From positions 32,703 through 96,702 of the forward strand of contig JAUCBJ010001520.1 in assembly GCA_032718475.1 (NCBI GenBank): a stretch of DNA of 64,000 bases, written 5' to 3'. Positions 50,428-61,973 of this stretch are shown here, piece by piece. The position numbers and the translations under genes are program-made. The notes below the pieces were generated by a model that had not been told where the DNA came from, did no database searches, and saw only the letters and a list, made by a program, of their open reading frames with translations. The stretch comes from Nemertoderma westbladi. Its lineage: Eukaryota; Animalia; Xenacoelomorpha. Each line of letters begins with the position of its first letter. The first letter of the stretch is position 1.

Positions 50428-51620
50428 CCCTATTACCACTGGGGTGTTTAGACCATTAGCAGCACTGGCGGGGGGTCGATTCGGCCCCCCCTCTTTATTT
50501 TTGTAAGCATCCAATAAAATCCTACGAAATTTGGGCTGTAGGTGAAAATATTATCGAAGAACATTTTCCAATCCAAAAAAATGAAAATTTCATAAGGTGG
50601 GTATAATAATTTTCATGAAAAATAGAAATAGTCCCAGGACAAAATATACATTTTTTTGATATTCTAAAATCTGATAGTGTGGCATTGTTGGCTAGCATTA
50701 GTAGGTTTTTCCCTACGCTGAATCGAATGTGATTATATTCCATTTCCTAAAATTGAACTGGATGCTATTTTTCGTGCACCTAAGAAGTGGGCGTGGCACT
50801 TAAAATTTTGAAAAATACGATATTCGGAAAATTACCCCCATCTTTTGATTTCAACGCTTTTTATAGGTTTTCTGGACCGCTGAATCGATTGAAAGTATTA
50901 TAGAAGCCTGAAGACTTAGTGGTTCGGCATTTTTGGCATTCATGACGTACCACTAAGACTTGAAGCTTCAATATTACTTTCAATCGATTCAGCGGTCCAG
51001 ATAACATCTAAAACTGGGTTGAAATTAAAACCTTGTGTTATTTTCTGAATATCGTAATTATGAAAATTTGAAGTAAGCCTACTTGCCACGCCCTAATTTT
51101 GGTGCACCAAAAGTGATGTACCACTAAGAATTGAGTATTCTATATTACTTTCAATCGATTAAGCGGGCCAGAAAACCTATAAAAATGCGTTGAAATCAAA
51201 ACTTCGGAGTATTTAACGAATATTGCAATTTTGAAAATTTGAAGTGCCACGCCCTAATTTTAGTGCACCAAAAATGACGTACCACTTCCCTTACCTACTT
51301 AGAGTAGTACAGTGCTCCATACGAATCAGAATCTATAAAAAAAGCCCCAACATAAAGAATTACTAACTCACAAATGACTTTGTAAAATTCGAAAATGTCA
51401 AAAAAATTTCTGCTGGGGACCAAATTTTGAGGTGGCACCCGCATTGAAAAGTTGAAATCTAATTGCAACGCCGTTTTTTGCAAAAGATGCGCCATTAAAT
51501 TTGACTAATTCTCGTAAAAAATTGGGCTGGTACATAATGTGGTTGCATAGATACAGCAATTAAAAACTAGGAAGGGCCCGATTCGCCCCCCCCCCCCCCC
51601 CCCCCCCAGTGGTAATAGGG
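50428..51620. mobile_element. piggyBac-type MITE, copy 2 (1193 bp), inserted in a Penelope ORF
   Basis: Same TIRs. TTAA at 50424-50427 and 51621-51624; removing the element and one TTAA restores a reading frame. Confidence 0.93.
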
Positions 51621-51769
51621 TTAAGTGTCGGGTTTAATTTTCTAATTACAAGAGATTCTTTAATGAGGAGGTCGGATTTATTACGTGCATTACAAATAAC
51701 CCGAAAATTATTTGTTGAGACTTGGTGGTCTTCCGAATTCGAATGGTCGAATATTGCAGAGTTCTTAGG

Positions 51770-52345
51770 GAGGTTTGGAATGTTTTGGGGTTGGTGTTTA
51801 AAAATCTAATATCGCGGGTAATTAAAAATCTCATAGTGCGGACCAAATACCAGGAGTATGATATACTACCGATAGTTGGTCCGCTCCTATAGGCTTCCAT
51901 TACAAATTTTACATTGGAAAGCATTAGGCCGGACCAAATACCAGTAGTATATATATAGGCAATCACTTATTTCTAAATCATTTCGCAACTGCATTGTGTT
52001 TGTTCTGGGGGAATTTCCCCAAGGAAAAGGGTTTCTTTGGGGGCCAAATCATAAAAATTGGGGCTTGGGAATGTTTTGGGGTTGGAATTTAAAAATCCAA
52101 AAGCGCGGGTATTTAAAAATCCCATAGTCAGATAGTGCGTACCAAATACCAGGAGTATGATATACTACTGGTATTTGGACCGCTTCTATAGGTTTCCATT
52201 AAAAATTTTACATTGAAAAGCATTAGGGTGGCCAAATCCAAGAAATTGGGACTTGGAAACTTTTGGGGTTGGTATTAAAAAATCCAATAGCATATGAACC
52301 AAAAACCAGCAGTATCATACTACTGATAGTTGGGCCGCGTATAAG
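51770..52345. repeat. Diverged direct repeats (2-3 copies)
   Basis: ttttggggttgg...aaaaatc.aa recurs at about 51783, 52074 and 52261; accaaataccaggagtatgatatactac is shared by the first two. Confidence 0.75.
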
Positions 52346-54004
52346 CACTTGCCACTTCTTTCATAAATATGCCCTACTCTCAGTATCTATTACTTTTCTA
52401 TTGTCGGTTTAAGCAGTAGTTTAGCCTTTTGATAGCATATCCCAATTCCACTACAGGTAAGAAAATGTTAGGTAGAGTACATTATATTGCCTTATAATCT
52501 ACATAGTACTGTAGTATGCTTCCGAATCTTTTAATTAAACCGCCCCCTTCACACCTGATCTAACAACAAGATAGGACGGCAGTATATACAACGGTCATCA
52601 AGCTTGCTCATGAACAATTACATATGGCAGTATGGTCAAATACAGAAATATACATACGACTAATCTTTAATGAGTCATCAGATTTACACATGACCTAACA
52701 ACATGTTAGATTGGGTACAGTAGGCCTACAGCAAACCAGCTGGCACACAAACATTTAATGTTGGACGGCCACTCGCACTGTTTAATGATTACCAACCATG
52801 CAGATGGTGGGCTACTGCTACAGTATATATTGTTATATTCCAAAGTTGAGCCAAAGTTACACGACTAGATCTATTCTTTGATTCATCACATTTAAGCATT
52901 TACACATGACCTTAAAACATGATAGGTCGGGTACAGTACTAGTACATCAGAACAGCTGGTACATGAACATGTTATTTCGGGTATATTAGACGGGAGGGAG
53001 GGGGGTTCAGCGGATCGGCTCAAACTAAGATTTATGATGACTTGCAACTGGCCACTACAACCACATGGTTATTACTGTTAATTAACACTTCATCTAACAA
53101 CATGTTAGGTATGGTATAGTACACATCTGTCATAGGGCTGGCTTACTAATATTACACAGCTCCTCACATCAATGTAGGGTATATTATATTAACACATACA
53201 TATTATGTTGGGAAGGGGGGGGGGGGGGGGGGGGGTAATTCATCATACATCATCTGATTTATTCACAGGTTATTGTTAGGTCTTAGGAGTAAAGCTGTAT
53301 AATTTTAAAACAATCGCTGATTTACATTTTACACTGTTGTAATTTATAAATATTTAAACATCTATCTATCAGTCTATTGTGGGCAAAGAACATATACAGT
53401 ATATTTCTGTATTTAATTGTACATGATCATATTATACAAAAATCGATTAAGTCGATGTACTGATAATATTACATAACTAAAATCTGCAATTTGGGTACCT
53501 CGGTCCGCGGACCAGAAGGCAGTATAATGCCTACTGCTGAGTTCTAATCTGCCTAATCTAATCTGGACATAGTATCTGAATCTGTATGGAGGCCGTCGCA
53601 GTTACCGGTATAGTTGGAAAGTGCTGTGTGTATAGATGACGCTCGCTCGCTCGGTCTACAGAGTGGCACTAAGTTCGACTAGTCAGGGCTTTTTTATAGA
53701 TCAGATGACACCAGGGCCTTCCACTAACATTTGTACATTTCGACGGGCGATATATTCAGTAAACCCGGAATCTGTTCCGACTTCATTGTGCTATAAATAC
53801 CTCAAATTCCTCGGAGACCGCCAGAAAAAGAATATACCGCCCATCGTCCATCGAAATTCATGAAGGAGAGTAAAATTAGTTCTTTATCTAATCTAGAGAT
53901 GAAGCTTACTGCTGGACTTGGGGTTGGAGGGTCCGGTTATTCTTTTAAGAATCATCATGTTAGGTTTATTCTTCTCCTTAAACCAGCGGGACTCATATCT
54001 GAAT

Positions 54005-55171
54005 GGAAGCAGGACAATTCGGTCCCGGACAATTCGGTCCGGACAATTCGGTCCCGGACAATTCGGTCCCGGACAATTCGGTCCCATTAATTTTGTGTTT
54101 TGGGACCGAATTGTCCGGGACCGAATTGTCCGGATACTGACTAGGACAATTCGGTCCCAAAACATGCATATTAATGGGACCGAATTGTCCGGGACCGAAT
54201 TGTCCGGGACCGAATTGTCCGGGACCGAATTGTCCAGGACCGAATTGTCCGGGACCAAATTTAATTGGTACTATATAATGGTGAATGTTCTAGAACCTTA
54301 ATATATATTATTATATGGTTAGCTAGTGTTTTTTTTACTAGCTAGTATTTTTTTTAAATAAAAAAAATTTACTTTTTTTTGTTAACATTATTAGTTATGG
54401 TAGCTATGGTGTTTTATGGAGCTTGTGAATTATTTACTAGCTAGTCTAGTAATAGTATGTATTTAAAATGTTTAAAACTGATTTTTTTTATATATTGCGT
54501 AAGTATACTGTATGTGTTGTTGGTTGGTTAACAAGCCTAAATTATTATCCTAGATAATAGCTGGATCTCATTCAGGGACTGTTATAATATCATCAATATT
54601 GTTGGTAATTAATATAATCAGCAACAGTTTAGGCCTAATTCTGAAATATCAATGTTTTCACAAGTGTTTTTATAATTTCAAGGAAATGCTAGCTAGTAAA
54701 AAAAACACTAGCTACACCTTAATAAATAATATATAATAATGTTCTCGAACACTTACCAATAACAAAAATAAAAAAAATACAGTATTTTTAAAATTTCAAA
54801 AAATTCTAGCAAGTAAATAACACTAGCTACCATAACAAATATCTCTACTAATGTTCTAGAACATTCACCAATATCAAAAAAGCACTAAAAAGTTGCTATC
54901 AGGAACCGGACAATTCGGACCCGGACAATTCGGTCCCGGACAATTCGGTCCCGGACAATTCGGTCCCGGACAATTCGGTCCCGGACAATTCGGTCCTAGG
55001 ACAATTCGGTCCTAGGACAATTCGGTCCCGGACAATTCGGTCCCGGACAATTCGGTCCCATTTATTTAGTGTTTTGGGACCGAATTGTCCGGGACCGAAT
55101 TGTCCGGGACCGAATTGTCCGGACCGAATTGTCCGGGACCGAATTGTCCGGGACCGAATTGTCCTACATCC
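54005..55171. mobile_element. Non-autonomous Mutator/Foldback-type DNA transposon with 15-bp modular arms
   Basis: Perfect 9-bp TSD TATCTGAAT (53996-54004 and 55172-55180). Termini GGAAGCAGGACAATTC / GGATGTAGGACAATTC. Arrays of (ggacaattcggtccc)n occur in both orientations at each end. Confidence 0.9.
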
Positions 55172-57611
55172 TATCTGAATCCCCCGAAGACATATCGGCC
55201 CTTTAGGAGGATGTCAAGTAAGACAATATGCGTGGCCACCTTAACAGTTTTCGTTTCTTACTGTCTTGGATTTAATAGACAAAGGTTATTGATACATAAT
55301 AGATAGCTGAGATTAATTAATATTACGACTTATATAATGAGGAACTGATATTATTTAGGGGAATTATTATTAACTATCCTGGAATATAGTGTCGTTTCAT
55401 GATTTGTGGCACTGATACTTTATTTTACTCTACTCTACTATGTGTTTATGTGTTTGATGCGGAATTAAGAGATTCATATTCAGTTACTACCGTAATCCTG
55501 GTTACCGGTACGTTTAACCCTATCTGCTATCTGGCCCGGGCTATATTACAGTACTACAGTACTTAATTGGCCGGGGGGGGGGGGGGGGGGCGGGGGGGGC
55601 AGGGGGTGAGGGTGGTTATTTTAGAAATTTCGAGTTTTCGAAGTCGCTGATCACGATGAAAGTAGTTATAAATATTTCTGGTATGTGCAAACCCACTTTT
55701 GGTGCATTCTTCTGGTGCCCCAGAACGAAAAGTACAAGTAGCAAAAATTTGAAACTGTTCAATTTTGCCTTTGGTTTGGTAATTCTGAACTTATACTGGT
55801 TTTCAAGGTCGCCCATCACGATACAACTCGTTAAAAATAATTCGTGGTAACGCGACTATCGTTTTTCGTGTTTGTCTGGTGGGACGACAAATAGAAGTAG
55901 CATCACGTTTCCAAACTGTCAAAGCCGCAATCAATCAATTTTGGTTGGATAATACGATAATTTATCAGTGTCATATTCGTGATCAGCATCCCAAAAACCC
56001 CCAAATGTTATAAAATCAGGTTGATTTGGTAATGATTTTTCATTATGAAATTTGTGCTATTTGTATTTTTCGTGCCGCACATTGAACGTATCTAAAAAAA
56101 ATCCGTAATCAACAAGGTACGATATTTTTCAGTGTCGTATTCGTGATCAGCATCCCAAAAAACTCATATGGTCATAAAATCAATTTGTTTTCGTGGTGAT
56201 TTTTCATTATCATATTTCCACTACTTGTTTTTCGCGTTCCATGGGCACAAATAACTGACTAATAACTAATATAACAATGTCTGTCCATGTTGTTATATTA
56301 CACAACTCTTCGATATGTTTGATGTTGAGGAATAAACCTTCCCAATGAAATCACCACATTATAAAACCTCAGTAACTGTATGGCCAATTTACCACTTTTG
56401 AAAAAAGTGTTCCTTGAACTTTTGGTGCTCTTCTACTATCTATTGATAAAAAAATGAAAATGTTGCTTCTAATCTTGCTTTCGATTACTAATAATGAATT
56501 CAACAAACCAAAAAAGCATAGTACTATAATTTAATGGTTATACCAAAGTCTTGAAGGGTGATGTATTTTGGGTAATTTTATCAATTCCGAAAGGTGCTGA
56601 TATGGTATGGGTACCAGGAATGCCTCATATCGCGAAAACTACTGGAGCTATTAAATTTGTATTTGTCTCATCTGAAAGAGGATATAATTTTAGTTAAGGA
56701 CAAGTACTTTCGACGCGCTAGACGTATTGTTTCAGAGGTTTTTATCTCAGATAAATAACTGGCCCACTAAATTTAGGGGCGTTGCAGCAGCTTGGCGGGT
56801 CGTATCTATAGTACTGTAGGTCATGTTTATTACTTGGGAAAAAAGTATAATTTTTATTGTTAAATTTCTGGATTACTTAACGCTTGTCTATGGACGAACC
56901 GTAAGTAATCCACCTATTTATTTATCGCTCACACGGTACTAGTATAGCCCGTGTCACCATCATTAAGCTTTTTTTAATAGCTGTTTTGGACTGTTTTTGG
57001 TTATTGATTTATGTTCTGGAACTTATTGTGGACTCATTACCCGTTAAGGTTTTGTGGTAGCTACTGTTTTTGATGGTATGTAGCTAGTGTTTTATACAGT
57101 AGCTACATTTTTTTTTAATAAATAAAAATCGTATTTTTTTTTAAATTAATGTCATTTGCGATTGTGGACTGATTACATGATAATTTTTTGTGGTAGCTAG
57201 TGTTTTTGATGTTAGCTTGTGTTTTGTTGAAATCACGTTATATTTTATTTTCTTGTTAAATTTTTGTTGTAGGTAGTGTTTTTATTAATAAAAATATTTA
57301 TAAAAATATAAAAATGTTAAATTAAATATAATGTAATTTCAACAACATTTTTTACAATAGCTATAATGAAAAAAACACTTACTTTTATAATTCATAAATT
57401 TTTGTTCTAGAACATGTTTGCTGGTTTATAAAAAAAATCCGGAACTTTTTTCTGTAACCTTTTTAAGAGGTCTAGAACATAGTTTTAGATATTTGGTATA
57501 TAGTTACGAAAATGTTCTTGAATCGTGAACAAAACATACAAATATAAGAAATGGCCAATATTATCTATTATACATCTTGTTATGTAATCGAGATATTCAA
57601 CAATAAAACAA

Positions 57612-57765
57612 CATATTATATTGTGTAGGCCCTATAATGTACCTTTATCTCACTTCGGTTCCTTGTTTCAATATTTCACTCACTCGCTTCGCTCGTTCGT
57701 GTAAATATTAGCACTCGGGACAGGCATGAGATAAAGTACTACATTATACACAATATAATAAATAG
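57612..57765. mobile_element. Short hairpin MITE-like element
   Basis: Arms ttatattgtgta..tactttatctca-like / tgagataaagta..tacacaatataa around a central actcgcttcgctcgt. Confidence 0.55.
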
Positions 57766-59179
57766 TTATTTCATAATTTTCGAGGTATTTTATTTACCGA
57801 GCGCCAGCGTGGTTATTAAAGTGTCGAGATAATTGAAAAAATATGTTCTACTTTTTTCCCATTTAATTCGTAATTTATTCTTAAATAATTAGTACTTTTT
57901 GTTGTTTAATTCTTTAAAAATAGATAGACAGAAATAGTGTTCAAAATAAATTGCACTGTAATATTTTACTATATTGCTTCCAATATTCCAATATTGCTCC
58001 TTATCAAGTGTTTTATAGCGCTTATTTCTGTCTTATAACCTGAACATATACTAATTCGTTTATTGTTTTGGTTAGACTCGGCCCTTCTGTAACCTGTGTT
58101 TTTGATGAAAACCTGGTATTCTTCACAAGGGGGTAACTGCAAAGTGAAATATAACGGAAGAAAGTCTGGTATTCTTCACATGGGCCCAGCCCAATATTGG
58201 ATAATGAGTTCCGTTTTGGAGTACACCGCGCAGACACTAAATTTGCAATATCTTTTGAGTGTGAGCATGGATATTGCTCATATTGCGTGCTAATCTTCTC
58301 TAATTCGATGCTCTTTCAAAACGTGATAAAATTTAAGAAATGCCACCAAATATATTTTAATTAAATTTTTAGCCGGTAAAAAGTAAAATCCATTGGGTTA
58401 CTTTAATTGGGTTACTTTTTCCTAGAGAAAAAGTACTCCCGATTTTGGAGTATATTCGAGCGAAAAAGTATCAATTATTTCAGAATATTTTTAAAATTTG
58501 GGAATTAATATTATGACAATAATATGCATTTCCGTTTCTGACAATTTATTTGTTCGTGTGAATAAATAAGTCAGCTGGTTTATGTAGTAGATTGCAATAT
58601 AATTAATAATGGTTTAAATATTGTCGACAAGCAGGGAGTTATTATTATTTGAACTTGGTGGGTTACTCGCGGTAGGGTTCTCGGTTTGTGGGGTTTTTAC
58701 CGCACTTTTGTGTTGATCCGAGCCACTGGATGTAAAAACATTGTGAGTTGTTTCTTTGGTTTGACCACCAATCTGACTGCGAACAACTTTTAAACTTTTC
58801 CTAGCTGCTGTTTTAGATGTATTTTTTGAATCCAGAGTGTGGCTGGAAATACATTTATCGTTGGACAAACCAGGCTTTGACTGTGCCGTGCCAACGGAAA
58901 GTATTTTATTAGGCGCGGTCTTCTGCTGTTGTATATCATTGACTTTTACAGACTGATTAACCATTAACGATTGCGGTCTGTTGAAATCCTTCTTTTCTTT
59001 TCCGATTGACTTTGCTGTAGGCATTAATATGGTGGCTGCTCAACACTTTCACAACACCATAGAGGGTAATGTGCTTTCCAATTTTACCTCCAGTCAATTA
59101 TTTTATTTAGATGAACTAGGCTTAAATATAAGTTGATAGTAATGTTGTTTTTTAATTCAAGCTTGACACTTGAACGGAA

Positions 59180-59468
59180 CCGTCCCCTTTTTGCAGGACA
59201 TTCATTGCTTTCGCCGTGAGGACACTTTGGTCGCTTTGGCAGCCTCATGGAGTGAATAGCATGGGGACAGCCCATGACTTTCTTGAGATGCATCTTAAGG
59301 ACACTGGCTTTGAAGATGCGGATGATCTAGCAATTGTGATGGGTGATAGGAAGTTGTGGCGGTGCAATTTTGTCGATAAGCCGGCACAGCATTCTTAATA
59401 TATATGTAATATATATATATAATGCAACTGCAATGCAGCATATGCCTATCGTAGTAATAGTAGTAGCC
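59180..59468 (+). mobile_element. 3' fragment of RTE LINE (family of 12540-14319)
   Basis: LWQPHGVN...LKDTGFEDADDLAIVMGDRKLWRCNFVDKPAQ plus 3' UTR and TAG tail. Confidence 0.92.
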
Positions 59469-59624
59469 TAGACAACATACGGCCGGTTCTACAGCAATCC
59501 TATCTTACTGTCGGTCACACAAAATATTTGATTTTTCAAAAAAAAGGTTGGAAAGCCTTGCAAAGCATTTGTATTAGAAATCTGATATTTTAATTATAAT
59601 TTAGGTTTGGTTCAGCCTAGCATA

Positions 59625-59680
59625 GTCGGTATTAACGGCCAGGTGGGTTCGAACTGGTGACCTCCAGGTTGGAAGACTAT
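59625..59680 (-). mobile_element. tRNA-like SINE head fragment
   Basis: Minus strand ggaggtcaccaGTTCGAAcccacctggcc resembles a tRNA T-arm/B box; no 5' half is visible. Confidence 0.4.
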
Positions 59681-59738
59681 TATTCTTAGATTGGAAGTTA
59701 TTTATTTTAGACTCTAGTAAGTGTGTGCAGACGCCTTA

Positions 59739-61127
59739 TTAATGCCGACCAGGATTATCATCCTTTGTGTGATCTGGCCTATCAGATTGAGTAGCGTTAT
59801 TTTTTAAACAGACAGAAATATGTGAACTGATTTTGTCGCTTTTTTCGTCTTGGCATCCAAGTACAATAGTATCATTTTTATTTTCATTATCCTTTTTACC
59901 TCTAACTTCACAATCAAGTCCAATATAATCGTCAATACTCTTCTTTTCCTTAGCAGAATTAGAATTTTGGGCTTTGGATGATGGCTGCATGACATTAGGA
60001 GGTGCAGGTGACTCATATATATTTCGCATACTTGGTAATACTGTATGTTTACCTATATCAGAGAGAGACATATTGAGGCAGGCTGGAGACGATGGGGAGG
60101 GTATAGGGGTTACAACACCAGTCCAATCAAAGACCCAATCAATGGCTTGCTCCTTATTATTGCATAGCCTAACAAAAAGATTCTTTAGATAATCATAGTC
60201 TGGGTCCGCATCAAACTTCAATTGCCTCACGTAAGTCATGTAATCTTCATATTCGTGTGGTAACTGTTCGCAGAGTTTATTTATAGGTGTCTGTTTTTTT
60301 ATTTCTCCTATTTTTTGGTATCTCGCTTTAATGTCGTCAATTGCGAGACCTTGCCACGGCAGTTTCCCCTTCACAAAATAAAGCAGCATAAACCCGAGAG
60401 CTTCTAAGTCGTCACGACGACTTTGTTCGTATTTTAGATGCGTGTTGAGACTCATATAACGAGCTGTGCCTGTTAGCGATTTCCGATCTCGAAAAGGAAT
60501 ATGTTTCTTGGTAACGGCGTCAATATATTCCTTAGCCAAACCGAAATCAATAATGTGTAAAATATGAGAGGTGTCTCTTCGGTAACCAATTACGAAATTC
60601 TCTGGTTTTATATCGCGATATACGATTCGACATTTGTGTACATATTGCAACCTATCAAGCAATTGAATTGCAATTAAATTGACTGTCTTTAAACTGAATT
60701 TCCTATGCCGGTGGTCAAACAAGTCCTCTATATTGGGTCCCAAGAGGTCCACTACCAAAGCGGTAAACTTTTTATGGTCGGGTCCACCCGGCGACCCACA
60801 CTTCCCTCCAGATTCGCATTTTTGGCAACCACCGCATTCACCGAGGAAATGAGCTTTCGGAATACCAATTACTCGACTACCATCCTCATTTTCCAAAAGT
60901 TTATAAAACCTGTGCTCCAGATGCAGTTGGGGTATTCTTGCATCTAGTGGCTCGAGTTTCGCCGCAAAATCTTTCCTCTGGGTTTTATGTTTGACTTTGC
61001 GAACTTCCCCAAAATTTCCACTGCCAAGTTTTTCCCCAACGTCATACAAATTACCGATAGTGAGTTTAAATGAACGCGTGTAAGACGGTTTTTCAGGTGT
61101 TGGCTTTGTATCTGTTACTTTTCCCAT
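59739..61127 (-). CDS. Casein kinase I, gamma (gilgamesh)-like, intronless, 462 aa, with Cys-rich N-lobe insert and divergent tail
   Basis: GSGNFGEV, AAKLE, PQLHLEHRFYK, LLGP, YRDIKPEN, IIDFGLAKEYID, KSLTGTARYMSLNTH, EQSRRDDLEALG, LPWQGL and RYQKIG. All catalytic motifs are intact. Confidence 0.95.
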   Translation of the reverse strand: MGKVTDTKPTPEKPSYTRSFKLTIGNLYDVGEKLGSGNFGEVRKVKHKTQRKDFAAKLEPLDARIPQLHLEHRFYKLLENEDGSRVIGIPKAHFLGECGGCQKCESGGKCGSPGGPDHKKFTALVVDLLGPNIEDLFDHRHRKFSLKTVNLIAIQLLDRLQYVHKCRIVYRDIKPENFVIGYRRDTSHILHIIDFGLAKEYIDAVTKKHIPFRDRKSLTGTARYMSLNTHLKYEQSRRDDLEALGFMLLYFVKGKLPWQGLAIDDIKARYQKIGEIKKQTPINKLCEQLPHEYEDYMTYVRQLKFDADPDYDYLKNLFVRLCNNKEQAIDWVFDWTGVVTPIPSPSSPACLNMSLSDIGKHTVLPSMRNIYESPAPPNVMQPSSKAQNSNSAKEKKSIDDYIGLDCEVRGKKDNENKNDTIVLGCQDEKSDKISSHISVCLKNNATQSDRPDHTKDDNPGRH

Positions 61128-61973
61128 TCCCAGTGAATAATTACAGATTTACTTACGAAAGCTTCCTTCCAACATATAGTTAGAACAAAAGTAGAAATAA
61201 AAATAGCAAAAATAAAAAGTGTCAACCTTAATTAAAGTTGTTTTTAAACATTAAACCTTAAGATTGAAACTTAAAAAGTAAACGGTCCGCGGTGCTTTAA
61301 AAAGTAGCTAGTGTTTTTTATCGTAGCTATATAACATTTTATTTTAAATAATTATTGTTTTTTTATGCGAAAAGTAGCAATGATTTATTTAGCGACTAAT
61401 AATTTTTAATTATGTTTTGAAATTAATTATTAACAGCTGGACATTAACGATGCCCGCTTTCAAGCGCAGTTAGGAAATACAAAAACAGTGCCCGCATATA
61501 GTATAAGGGGGGGCATTATTATATCGAAATATTGAAAATAAGGGCACATAAATAATGTTTTGTTTTTCTAACATGTAAAAATATTACTAGCCATTTAATA
61601 ATATTATATGTTCTAGAACCTGAAATTGGTATATTTCAGGTCTTTTAAAATAATATTTTTGTGATTCTAGGTGTACCTATTATATCAAGAAAATAATTTG
61701 TATAAAACACTATTAGCTACCAAAACAAATTGATTAAAACAACGTAGGGCAAGATAGGGATCCGTTCCAAAATACTAAAACTAAATTAGCAACCTTATGT
61801 GTTTAAAAAAAGCGTGGAATGTTTCCCATGCCGCAGAGGTACCGGCTCCAAATGTATTGTGGGGCGAGTCAGAACTAAGAGCCGTCAGCGAACTATTATA
61901 ATTATACAATGGCCGTTTTCCAAAAAGTCTGTCTGTGTGTTTCAGTGTGTGTCTCGGAAGCCAATATCAGATT

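Larger units (their letters stand above)
50110..51770 (-). mobile_element. Penelope-like retroelement 3' remnant (GIY-YIG C-terminus + 3' terminal repeat region), split by the MITE
   Basis: Joining 51770-51621 to 50423-50387 gives PKNSAIFDHSNSEDHQVSTNNFRVICNARNKSDLLIKESLVIRKLNPTLNTHQHSIPLKLF*, a typical PLE endonuclease C-terminus. Confidence 0.85.

Noticed and set aside
53860-54301. PDNSV / GPNCP / SGTEL repeat ORFs
   Set aside because: Translations of the 15-bp modules of the foldback element.
55514-56790. Another TTAA/CCCT piggyBac-type element
   Set aside because: A left end ttaaccctatc and internal repeats (tcgtgatcagcatcccaaaaa) are visible, but no matching right TIR/TTAA was found.
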